Source: Pseudomonadota bacterium
GTDB lineage: Bacteria; Pseudomonadota; Gammaproteobacteria; Burkholderiales; Burkholderiaceae_F
Direction: 5' to 3'
Assembly (NCBI GenBank): GCA_021825945.1
Contig: JAKAFN010000002.1
Span: 41,915 to 105,914, forward strand
DNA length: 64,000 nt
Below the pieces are notes generated by a model. It ran no database searches. It worked only from the letters and a program-made list of their open reading frames with translations, and was not told the DNA's origin. Positions within the stretch are counted from its first letter, which is position 1, and each line of letters opens with the position of its first letter. This document shows positions 18,451-26,987 of the stretch, piece by piece. The translations under genes were made by a program, and so were the position numbers.

Positions 18451-20444
18451 CGTGGTGTCCGCGCTCCAGAGGAGCGGCGCGAAAGACGGGGAATCGGCGT
18501 CACCGTCACGCTTGCCACCTGCGCTTCGATGGTCCGCCGGTGGTATTCGCCCTTTCGGGTCGCAAGGTCGCGCTCGAGCGCAAACGTCGATGACAGCAGC
18601 AACAGCGCCCGTGCGTGGGAATAGGGAAGGGTTGTGCCACCCCGCCCGGCCGTCTTCCGGCGCTCCAGCAGATATTCGCCATGCGGACGCGATGCCCATG
18701 GCAATTCTTCGTTGCCGAGCGAATCCGCGAACTCGTGGAACAAGGGATCGGCGTCGCGGCTTTGGACGAACGCGACATCCGGCGTCAGGTACGATTTCTT
18801 GGGACGATCCACCACGGTGGCCGGCAGGTGATCCCGGTACGCGTCGCGGAGGATTTTCTTTTCCGGACCTTCGCTCGGCAAAACCCACTCCTGCGGCAAC
18901 GATACCGCCAGGGAAACGACATCGGCATCCAGGAACGGGCATCGGTTTTCGATTCCCCAGGCCATGGTCATGCGATCGCCCTGAACCGAAAGCAGGTAAC
19001 CGGCAAGCCGTTTGGAAAGTTCCAGCGCGCGCGCACGCGAGACGGGATCGAATCCGGCGAGATCGGCATAGATCCGCTCCTCGCGTTCTCGGATCCGACG
19101 AAACGCAGCGCCCTGCGCCAGCGTCGATGCCGCAGGCTTGTTGTTGTAATACTGCGGCAGGTGGGAATACAGAAGGTCGTGTCGGTTCGAGAAGCGGCGC
19201 ATCACCAAGCGCATCGCGGCATCGGCGGACTCGCTCCATCCGGTATAGGCTGCCGTGAGATGTGCGGCGATGGCCGCCGCGCCGGGTTGATCGAACGTGG
19301 CGCTTCGAAGGAGCACCTCTTTGAATATCCCATATCCAAGGAAGATTTCGTCCGCGCCCTCACCGCTCAACGCGACGGCGTACCCGTCCGCGTGCAGTTG
19401 GCGCGCCAAGTGATACATGGGGACCGGCGCGACAGTGGGAATCGGTTGCTCGGCGTGATATATCGCATCGCGAAATCCGGCAGCGATCGTCGCCGATGTC
19501 GCCGCGATCCGCCGGTGCACAAGGCCCAGTCGTGCACACACCCTCTCCTGCGCACCGCTTTCATCGTATTCGGTATTCGGGAATGCAATGGAATACGCAG
19601 TGATGCGGCGGGATGAATCGGCGGCGAGTTCCATTGCGATGATCGACGAGTCGATCCCACCGCTCGCCAGCACAGTCACCGGGCGGTTCGCTTGTGCACG
19701 GCGGTGGACGCTCGCTGCGATTCGGTGTCGTACCTCGCGCACCGCATCGTCGCGTGAGCCCGAGTATCGCGGTACCGATCGGCGCCTGCCGGACATTCGG
19801 GATATTTTTCCATTTCGAATCCAGACGCTTTCGCCGGGGCAAACCTGATAGACATTTTGAAACACGGTCTCCGGCGCTGTAACCGCGGACGTCCAATACA
19901 GCGCGCCAAGCGCGTCCGCGTCGTATTGCAGGGAGAACCAAGGCAACGCGAGAAAGGCTTTGGCCTCGGACGCGAACGCCAGCACCGACCCGGACTGCGT
20001 GTAGTAAAGCGGGCGCTTGCCGAGCGGGTCGCGAGTGAGAAGAACGGCTGCGGTCGCGCGGTCGTAATACGCCAGCGCAAATCCGCCGTTGAATCGTTCG
20101 ACCGCACGATTTCCCCATTCGCGCAACGCCGTCAGAACGATTTCGGTATCGCATCGACGCGGAAACATATTGCCGAGTGATCTGAGCTCGCACTCGAGTT
20201 CCGGCCCGTTGTAGATTTCTCCGTTGTAGGAAATCCAGTGTTGACCGCTGTCATCGGACATCGGCTGGCGACTCGCGTCTCCGCCCGCGATCGCCAGGAG
20301 CGCATGGCCCAGGACGCACTGCTCATCATGGACGACCGCGTGCGCGTCCGGGCCGCGATGACCGATCCTCACAACCATTTCACAAACGATACGCACCGCC
20401 CCGGAAGGCAGGCGTGGCGAAACGATCCCGGCGATTCCACACAT
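18447..20444 (-). CDS. Asparagine synthase-like glutamine-dependent amidotransferase (AsnB family)
   Basis: N-terminal MCGIAG (Ntn Cys), HRGPD, NGEIYN, RDPLGKRPLYY, SGGIDSS, SGEGADE, DRMTMAWGIENRCPFLD. Confidence 0.92.
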   Translation of the reverse strand: MCGIAGIVSPRLPSGAVRIVCEMVVRIGHRGPDAHAVVHDEQCVLGHALLAIAGGDASRQPMSDDSGQHWISYNGEIYNGPELECELRSLGNMFPRRCDTEIVLTALREWGNRAVERFNGGFALAYYDRATAAVLLTRDPLGKRPLYYTQSGSVLAFASEAKAFLALPWFSLQYDADALGALYWTSAVTAPETVFQNVYQVCPGESVWIRNGKISRMSGRRRSVPRYSGSRDDAVREVRHRIAASVHRRAQANRPVTVLASGGIDSSIIAMELAADSSRRITAYSIAFPNTEYDESGAQERVCARLGLVHRRIAATSATIAAGFRDAIYHAEQPIPTVAPVPMYHLARQLHADGYAVALSGEGADEIFLGYGIFKEVLLRSATFDQPGAAAIAAHLTAAYTGWSESADAAMRLVMRRFSNRHDLLYSHLPQYYNNKPAASTLAQGAAFRRIREREERIYADLAGFDPVSRARALELSKRLAGYLLSVQGDRMTMAWGIENRCPFLDADVVSLAVSLPQEWVLPSEGPEKKILRDAYRDHLPATVVDRPKKSYLTPDVAFVQSRDADPLFHEFADSLGNEELPWASRPHGEYLLERRKTAGRGGTTLPYSHARALLLLSSTFALERDLATRKGEYHRRTIEAQVASVTVTPIPRLSRRSSGARTPR

Positions 20445-20657
20445 GATCGAACCCTTGATCTCATTGTCCTGTAGCGGCTTGCATCGTCCCGCTCTGCAAT
20501 AGGAGACCGAGACGACGCACCCCGCTGCCCGACGAACGGATGCTCACCAAGTCGATACGGCTTGGGAGCTGCTGCGGTAATCGGTAAAACCGGTGAAACT
20601 GCTGCGGGAGATGATTCGTGCGGATCGCGCGAATCTGTTCTTCTCATTGTTTGCAAG

Positions 20658-20686
20658 ATCGTAGGGATCGCCTATCACTCTGTCAA
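20658..20686 (-). promoter_or_regulatory. Sigma70-type promoter of the biosynthetic operon
   Basis: Minus strand reads TTGACA (20686-20681), 17 nt, TACGAT (20663-20658) in an AT-rich intergenic region, about 205 nt upstream of the AsnB ATG. Confidence 0.7.
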
Positions 20687-20704
20687 TGAATTTGGCGATC
20701 CCTA
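20662..20704. promoter_or_regulatory. 11-bp perfect inverted repeat overlapping the promoter (candidate operator)
   Basis: TAGGGATCGCC (20662-20672), 21 nt, GGCGATCCCTA (20694-20704). The arms bracket the -35 and one arm overlaps the spacer/-10. Confidence 0.6.
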
Positions 20705-20875
20705 ACAAGATTTTGTGATGGATGTCGCAGAGATTCAGGTTGTTGAATTTCGATCCGGGAAAATCAACCCGAAATCGATCTCAACATCGAGGAAATACCC
20801 GATTCCACAGCGCCGAGAGCGGGGTACGGGATTCGCAGCGACGATCCCGGCCGGCATCTCGCGGCGCAGGATCGA

Positions 20876-22732
20876 TCACGCAACGGCCAGACCGGATTCC
20901 GGCATTCCTCGATCGGTTTCGTCATGCTGCTGCAACTCCCACATCCGCGCATACACGCCGCCGCGGGCGAGCAACGAAGCGTGATCGCCGGACTCGACGA
21001 TGCGTCCGCGGTCCATCACCAGGATCTGATCGGCCTTGACCACGGTGGAGAGACGGTGCGCGATCACCAGCGTCGTGCGACTCGCGCTTGCCGCCTCGAT
21101 CTCGGTCTGGATCGCGCGTTCCGTGCGCGAATCGAGCGCAGATGTGGCTTCGTCGAAGATCATCAACGGCGGATCCTTGAGCAGCGTACGCGCGATCGCG
21201 ACCCGCTGCTTTTCCCCTCCCGAGAGCTTAAGACCACGCTCGCCGACGATGGTGCGATAACCGTCGGGCAAGGTTTCGATGAAATCGTGGATGTGCGCGG
21301 CGCGCGCCGCCGCGACGACCTCGTCACGACGGGCACCGGGACGCCCGTAGGCGATGTTGTATTCGATCGACTCATTGAACAGCACGGTATCCTGCGGCAC
21401 GATTCCAATGGCGGCCCGCAACGACGTTTGCGTGCAATCGCGAATGTCCTGGCCGCCGATCAATACTGCACCACCCTGCACGTCGTAGAAGCGGAAGAGC
21501 AGGCGGGCGAGCGTCGATTTTCCGGAGCCGGTTGCGCCGACCACCGCACAGGTCGTGCGCGCGGGGATCGTGAAATGGACATCGTGCAGCACTTGCCTGC
21601 GCGGGTCATAGCCGAATGACACGTGCACGAACCGCACCTCCGGAGATCGATCCGGGCCCAGCGCAAGGGGGCGCGCATCGGGCCGGTCCGCCACTTCCCG
21701 ATTCTGCTGCAGCAGCCGGAACATCCGGTCCATGTCGGTCAGCGCCTGCCGTACTTCGCGGTAAATGACGCCGAGGAAGTTGAGTGGCGCATAGAGCTGC
21801 AGCATGAAAGCATTGACGAGCACGAGATCGCCGATCGACAGCGCGCCGGAACGCACGCCGAGCGCAGCGCGCCACAGCAGCAGTGTCAGGCCCACCGCAA
21901 TGATCGCCTGCTGGCCTCCGTTCAACAAGTTCAGCGACTGCTGCACCCGCAAGGCGGCCCGCTCCTGCAAGGCGAGCGTCGCGTCGTAGCGCTGCGCCTC
22001 GTACTCCTCGTTGTTGAAGTACTTCACCGTCTCGTAGTTCAGCAGCGCATCGACGGCATTCGACGACGCCTTGGCATCCAGTTCATTGACCTCCCGGCGG
22101 ATGCGCGTGCGATAGTTGGTGACCAGCAGCGTGTAGGCGACGTAGGCCGCGAGACTCGCCGCGACGATGACCGCAAACCAGATCTCGTAGTGCAGCAGGA
22201 GGTAGCCGAACACCACCGCGATCTCGAAGAGCGTCGGCAGGATGGAATAGAGCGTGAAGCTCACGAGCGAGGAAATGCCGCGGATGCCGTGATCGATCTC
22301 GCGCGTCACCGCCCCGGTGCGCCGCTCGAGGTGGAAGCGCAACGACAGTTCGTGCAGATGGCGGAACGTCTTGAGCGCCAGCTTGCGCACCGTCGCCTGC
22401 GTGACCTTGGCGAAGAAGAATTCGCGCAACTCGGAAAACAGGGATGTCCCCAGGCGCAGAACGCCGTAGGCGACCACCAGCGCGACCGGAACCAGAGCCG
22501 CATCGGCGGCGGGAGGGACGGCGAGCGTGTTGACGATGCGCTTCAGCAGAATCGGCACGCCGATCAGTGCGAGCTTGCCGAGCACCATGCAGGTCACCGC
22601 CAGGGCGACACGGACCTTGTATTCCCACAGGTACGGCAGGAGAAAGCGCAAGGTCTGCCAATCCCGGCGAGGTTCATCCGGGTTGGCCTGGCTCGCTGCG
22701 CCATGGGTCGGCATGGGTCGAATTCCGCGCAT
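20876..22732 (-). CDS. ABC transporter, fused permease/ATPase, Atm1/ABCB7/Hmt1 family; start uncertain
   Basis: LSLRFHLERRTGAV, DALLNYETVKYFNNE, GATGSGKS, GIVPQDTVLFN, LSGGEKQRVAIAR, FDEATSALD. Confidence 0.92.
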   Translation of the reverse strand: MRGIRPMPTHGAASQANPDEPRRDWQTLRFLLPYLWEYKVRVALAVTCMVLGKLALIGVPILLKRIVNTLAVPPAADAALVPVALVVAYGVLRLGTSLFSELREFFFAKVTQATVRKLALKTFRHLHELSLRFHLERRTGAVTREIDHGIRGISSLVSFTLYSILPTLFEIAVVFGYLLLHYEIWFAVIVAASLAAYVAYTLLVTNYRTRIRREVNELDAKASSNAVDALLNYETVKYFNNEEYEAQRYDATLALQERAALRVQQSLNLLNGGQQAIIAVGLTLLLWRAALGVRSGALSIGDLVLVNAFMLQLYAPLNFLGVIYREVRQALTDMDRMFRLLQQNREVADRPDARPLALGPDRSPEVRFVHVSFGYDPRRQVLHDVHFTIPARTTCAVVGATGSGKSTLARLLFRFYDVQGGAVLIGGQDIRDCTQTSLRAAIGIVPQDTVLFNESIEYNIAYGRPGARRDEVVAAARAAHIHDFIETLPDGYRTIVGERGLKLSGGEKQRVAIARTLLKDPPLMIFDEATSALDSRTERAIQTEIEAASASRTTLVIAHRLSTVVKADQILVMDRGRIVESGDHASLLARGGVYARMWELQQHDETDRGMPESGLAVA

Positions 22733-22900
22733 CGCGTCGTTTCCATGGAAGCTGGACACCCGCACCTTGCGCGCCGCCCCCGCAACCAGGGGAATGGAAG
22801 CGGATTGGCCGGCAACCGGTTCGCCGAACGCGCGACAGGTCGGAAACAGTATGATTTCGGCGATTATCGCGCGTTATCCTTCCTCGCCATCGGAGAGACC

Positions 22901-23287
22901 ATGACGACCATCACCCTACCCGAGGAAGACCCGATGCTGCGCGTCGTGCCCCTGCCCGCCGACGCCAACATGTACGGCGACGTGTTCGGCGGCTGGATCA
23001 TGTCGCAGGCGGACATCGCCGGTGCCATCGCGGCGTCGCGTCGTGCCCGCGGCCGGGTTGCCACGGTGGCGGTGACTAGTTTCGTTTTTCATGAGCCCGT
23101 ATTCGTCGGCGATCTGCTGTCGTTCTATGCGCGCCTCCAACGTGTCGGGCGCACGTCGGTGACGGTCGACATCGCGGTATTCACGGAACGCGGCAATGGA
23201 ACGGGCGAAATCATCCGTGTGACGGAAGCGACGTTGGTATATGTGCACATCGGCCCCGATCGGCGGCCGCGGCCGGTTCCGGAATGA
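22901..23287 (+). CDS. Acyl-CoA thioesterase (YciA-like hotdog)
   Basis: GGAGAG RBS; PADANMYGDVFGGWIMSQAD, ATVAV, VGRTSVTV. Confidence 0.88.
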   Translation: MTTITLPEEDPMLRVVPLPADANMYGDVFGGWIMSQADIAGAIAASRRARGRVATVAVTSFVFHEPVFVGDLLSFYARLQRVGRTSVTVDIAVFTERGNGTGEIIRVTEATLVYVHIGPDRRPRPVPE

Positions 23288-24591
23288 CGTCGTCCCCACC
23301 ACGCGAACTCCTGCGCGCGATCTTCGACGCCGCCGTCGCATCCGCGCAGCCGGAGCGCTGCATCGGCCCGCACCTGCCGCGCCCCGGGCGGGGGCGTACC
23401 ATCGTGATCGGTGCCGGCAAGGCCGCCGCCGCGATGGCCCGCGCGGTCGAAGCGCAATTTCCTGGCCCGCTCGCGGGGCTCGTCGTCACCCGCTACGGCC
23501 ACGCGGTCGCCTGTGATCGGATCGAAATCGTCGAGGCCGGCCATCCGGTTCCCGACGGCGCCGGTCTTGCGGCCGCCGAACGCATGCTCCGGCTGGTGCG
23601 GGGCCTACGAGCGGACGATCTGGTGCTATGCCTGCTTTCGGGCGGCGGCTCGGCGCTGCTCCCACTTCCGGCGCCCGGCCTCACGCTCGCACACAAGCAG
23701 GCCCTGTATCGGGCGCTGCTCGCGTCCGGCGCAAGCATTCGCGAAATGAATTGCGTCCGTCGCCACTGTTCGGCAATCAAGGGCGGCCGACTGGCGGCTG
23801 CCTGTCATCCCGCACGGGTCGTGACGCTGGCGATTTCCGACGTGCCCGGAGACGATCCGCTCGACATCGCGTCCGGGCCGACGGTGGCGGATCCAACGAC
23901 CTGCGGAGACGCCCTTGCGGTGTTGCGACGCCACCGGATACCGATCGCGCCGGAAGTCGCCGGGGTGCTGGAACGCGGAACCGGGGAGTCGATCAAGCCC
24001 GGCGATCCCCGGCTGGCCGCGACCGAGTACCACCTGATCGCCACGCCCCAGGCCGCACTGGACGCAGCGGCCCGCGCGGCGCACGCACGGGGCATGCCCG
24101 CCCACATCCTGGGCAACGCAATCGAAGGCGAGGCGCGCGAACTCGGCACCGCGATGGCCGGCATCGCGCTGCAGGTCGCCCGGCGCCGACAGCCGTTTCC
24201 GCCTCCGTGCGTCCTGCTGTCCGGGGGAGAAACCACCGTCACCGCACCGGGACCCGGACGAGGGGGGCGCAACGTCGAATTCCTGCTCGCGCTCGGCATC
24301 GCGTTGCGGGAGCACCCGGGCATCGTCGCGATTGCCGGCGACACGGACGGCGTCGACGGCACGGAGCCGATTGCCGGCGCCTATCTGGATCCATCCAGCC
24401 TGGCGCGGGCCCGTGCACTCGGGCGCATGCCGCACGACGACCTCGCACGGCATGACGCCCACACATTCTTCGCGGCGCTGGGCGATTCGCTCATCACCGG
24501 GCCGACTCATACGAATGTGAATGATTTTCGTGCCATTCTTGTCCTCGACGAATCGCACGATTTCGCGATGTCACTTGCGCAGCAGGCGTAA
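23284..24591 (+). CDS. Glycerate 2-kinase / MOFRL family (TtuD-like)
   Basis: IGAGKAA, LLSGGGSALL, SAIKGGRLA, SDVPGD, SGGETTV, GGRNVE, DTDGVDG, TNVNDFR. Confidence 0.92.
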   Translation: MTSSPPRELLRAIFDAAVASAQPERCIGPHLPRPGRGRTIVIGAGKAAAAMARAVEAQFPGPLAGLVVTRYGHAVACDRIEIVEAGHPVPDGAGLAAAERMLRLVRGLRADDLVLCLLSGGGSALLPLPAPGLTLAHKQALYRALLASGASIREMNCVRRHCSAIKGGRLAAACHPARVVTLAISDVPGDDPLDIASGPTVADPTTCGDALAVLRRHRIPIAPEVAGVLERGTGESIKPGDPRLAATEYHLIATPQAALDAAARAAHARGMPAHILGNAIEGEARELGTAMAGIALQVARRRQPFPPPCVLLSGGETTVTAPGPGRGGRNVEFLLALGIALREHPGIVAIAGDTDGVDGTEPIAGAYLDPSSLARARALGRMPHDDLARHDAHTFFAALGDSLITGPTHTNVNDFRAILVLDESHDFAMSLAQQA

Positions 24592-24640
24592 GTCGTGCCT
24601 TACAATCGGCGGCAAAGGACGGCTCGAAAACATCAGCGAG

Positions 24641-25903
24641 ATGGCCACTTCACGGACGCGCGGACAACCGGTGCTGATCCTCGGCGCCGGCCGCGGCGGC
24701 ACCGCCATGCTCGAGATGTTTCTCGAGGATGAACTGGTGCGCGTGGTCGGCATCGCCGACAGGAACGCAGGCGCGCCGGCATTCGAGTTGGCCCGCGAAC
24801 ACGGGATCCCCGTCTACCTCGACCCCGAAGAGGCCTTGCGCGCCTGCCGGAAATTCGAGCACTGCATCGTCTACAACCTCACCCATGACGACTCCCTGAC
24901 CGCGATCACCCACCAGGTTCTCGGGTATGCGGCGGCGACGGCCGGCCGGGAAGCCAAGCTCATCTGGCAGATGGTGACGAATCTGAAGCGCGTCAAGACC
25001 GAACTCGAATCGAGCCAGCGCCAACTCAAGGCGATTTTCGACCACGCGATGGACGGCATCATCATGGTCGACGAATCCGGCGCGATCCAGGGTTTCAATC
25101 CGGCGGCGGAGAGCATCTTCGGATATGCCCAGGCGGACGTGCTGCGCAAGCCGCTCGATCTGCTGCTGCCGGCGGCGATTCAGGCCGACGGCACCGCCCC
25201 GATGCAGCGCTTTATCGCGCTCGAGGAACCGGCGGACGCGCGGGCGGCGCAACTGCTTGCGGTGCGCAAGAGCGGCGAAACCTTTCCGATCGAACTGTCG
25301 GCATCGGAAATGGCGTTCGATAGCAAGCGGTATTTCATCGCGATCGCGCGCGACATCACCGAGCGCAAGCAGACCGAAGAACGCATCGAGCGCATGGCGC
25401 ACCATGACTTTCTCACCGGCCTCGCCAATCGCGCGCTGTTTCGCGACCGGCTGGAGCATGCGATCGCCCAGGCCGCGCGACAGGGAACCCGTCTCGCGGT
25501 CTTGTTTCTCGACCTCGACGGTTTCAAGAGCGTCAACGACGCCGTCGGCCACGAGGCGGGTGACAAGCTTTTGTGCGACGTCGCCGCGCGCCTCCGAAAA
25601 ATCGTGCGGGCGGCAGATTCGGTCGCACGCATCGGCGGCGACGAGTTCACGTTCATCCTCGGCAACCTGCGCGAGCGGACCGACGCCGAACGCGTGGCAC
25701 GCAAGATCGTCCAGGCGATTGCCGAACCGTTTGAAATCGGCAACAAGTTCTGGTCGGTCGGTGCCAGCATCGGGATCGCGATCTACCCCGATGACGCGCA
25801 GGACTACGAAAGCCTGGTGAAGGCGGCCGACGCGGCGATGTACCAGTCCAAGCGCAGCGGCAAAAGCACGTATAGCTTTTTCGACGCGCAGACACGCGAA
25901 TAG
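24641..25903 (+). CDS. Diguanylate cyclase with N-terminal Rossmann-like domain, PAS and GGDEF
   Basis: ILGAGRGG, PAS (FNPAAESIFGY, RKSGETFPIELS), HDFLTGLANR, DLDGFKSVND, RAADSVARIGGDEF (RxxD I-site). Start moved to ATG 24641. Confidence 0.9.
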   Translation: MATSRTRGQPVLILGAGRGGTAMLEMFLEDELVRVVGIADRNAGAPAFELAREHGIPVYLDPEEALRACRKFEHCIVYNLTHDDSLTAITHQVLGYAAATAGREAKLIWQMVTNLKRVKTELESSQRQLKAIFDHAMDGIIMVDESGAIQGFNPAAESIFGYAQADVLRKPLDLLLPAAIQADGTAPMQRFIALEEPADARAAQLLAVRKSGETFPIELSASEMAFDSKRYFIAIARDITERKQTEERIERMAHHDFLTGLANRALFRDRLEHAIAQAARQGTRLAVLFLDLDGFKSVNDAVGHEAGDKLLCDVAARLRKIVRAADSVARIGGDEFTFILGNLRERTDAERVARKIVQAIAEPFEIGNKFWSVGASIGIAIYPDDAQDYESLVKAADAAMYQSKRSGKSTYSFFDAQTRE

Positions 25904-25908
25904 CGCGG

Positions 25909-26964
25909 CTATACCACCTGCAGCACGATCTTCCCCATGTGCTCGCCGCGCTCCATCGCCGCGTGCGCCTGCCCGGCCTGTTCGAGCGGAAATGTGCGAT
26001 CAACCACCGGCCGGATCGCTTGCGACCCGACCAGCGGCCAGATGCGATCGTGGAGCGCGCGCGCGATTGCCGCCTTCACGGCGACGGGGCGCGCGCGCAA
26101 GGTCGAACCCGTGATGGTCAGGCGCTTGATCATCACGTCGAGCAGGTCCAGCGTCGCCTTGGCTCCCCCCATGGCATTGATCAGCACCAAGCGGCCGTCC
26201 TCGGCAAGAACGGCCGTCTCGCGGGGAAGGTAGTCGCCGCCCACCATGTCCAGGATCACATCGACGCCGCGACCCGCCGTACGCTCGCGCACGACGGCAG
26301 CGAAGTCCTCGCGGCGGTAGTCGATCGCACGCTCCGCGCCCAAGCGCTCGCAGGCTGCGCATTTCTCCGCGGTTCCCGCGGTTGTGAACACCCGGCATCC
26401 GAACGCCGTCGCGAACTGGATCGCCGCCACGCCGATCCCGCTTGCGCCGCCTTGCACCAGGATGCTTTCCCCGGGTTGCAGGCGGCCACGATCGAACACG
26501 TTGCTCCAGACCGTGAAATACGTTTCGGGCAGCGAGGCCGCTTCGATGTCCGTCAGCCCGGCCGGCACCGGCAGGCACTGCAACGCCGGCGCGACGCAGT
26601 ATTCGGCGTAGCCGCCGCCCGACACCAGCGCACAGACACGATCGCCGAGCGCCGGCGTCCATGCCGTCTCCCGGCCCGGGTCGTCGCGTTCGATATCCGG
26701 GAGATGGCGCGTCGCCCCGCCCTCCCGCACGGCGCCGGCCGCCGGGCCGATCTCGACGACCCGGCCGGCAATCTCCAGCCCCGGAATGTCGGTCACGCCC
26801 GGCGGCGGCGGATACCGCCCCTGTCGCTGAAGGAGGTCGGGGCGGTTCACGCCCGCTGCGGCGACCCGAATCAGCACCTCGCCGAGGCCCGGACGGGGAC
26901 GACGCCGTTCGGCAAGCCGCAGAACCTCGGGGCCGCCGGGGGCGGAGATTTCGATTGCGCGCAT
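25909..26964 (-). CDS. NAD(P)H-quinone oxidoreductase, PIG3/zeta-crystallin family
   Basis: MRAIEISAPGGPEVL, AAGVNRPD, GGYAEY, GGASGIG, HMGKIVL. Alternative GTG start at 26991. Confidence 0.92.
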   Translation of the reverse strand: MRAIEISAPGGPEVLRLAERRRPRPGLGEVLIRVAAAGVNRPDLLQRQGRYPPPPGVTDIPGLEIAGRVVEIGPAAGAVREGGATRHLPDIERDDPGRETAWTPALGDRVCALVSGGGYAEYCVAPALQCLPVPAGLTDIEAASLPETYFTVWSNVFDRGRLQPGESILVQGGASGIGVAAIQFATAFGCRVFTTAGTAEKCAACERLGAERAIDYRREDFAAVVRERTAGRGVDVILDMVGGDYLPRETAVLAEDGRLVLINAMGGAKATLDLLDVMIKRLTITGSTLRARPVAVKAAIARALHDRIWPLVGSQAIRPVVDRTFPLEQAGQAHAAMERGEHMGKIVLQVV

Positions 26965-26987
26965 CGCCTCGTCTCCGCCCATATCGA

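Noticed and set aside
18447-20444. AsnB as a lasso-peptide cyclase (RiPP cluster)
   Set aside because: No precursor peptide, B1/PqqD element or transglutaminase-like protease is nearby. The glutaminase Cys is intact and the context is ACP/KS.
7159-20690. Cluster as a standard aryl polyene, flexirubin or second housekeeping FAS locus
   Set aside because: It lacks the ligase, glycosyltransferases, methyltransferase, DarAB and FabD/FabI expected for those, and includes AsnB and a fused KS/CLF. A distant relationship is still possible.
26680-26760. Extra ~25-aa low-complexity segment in the quinone oxidoreductase (AAGAVREGG...GRETAW)
   Set aside because: In-frame and probably a surface-loop insertion; no intein, repeat or mobile signature.
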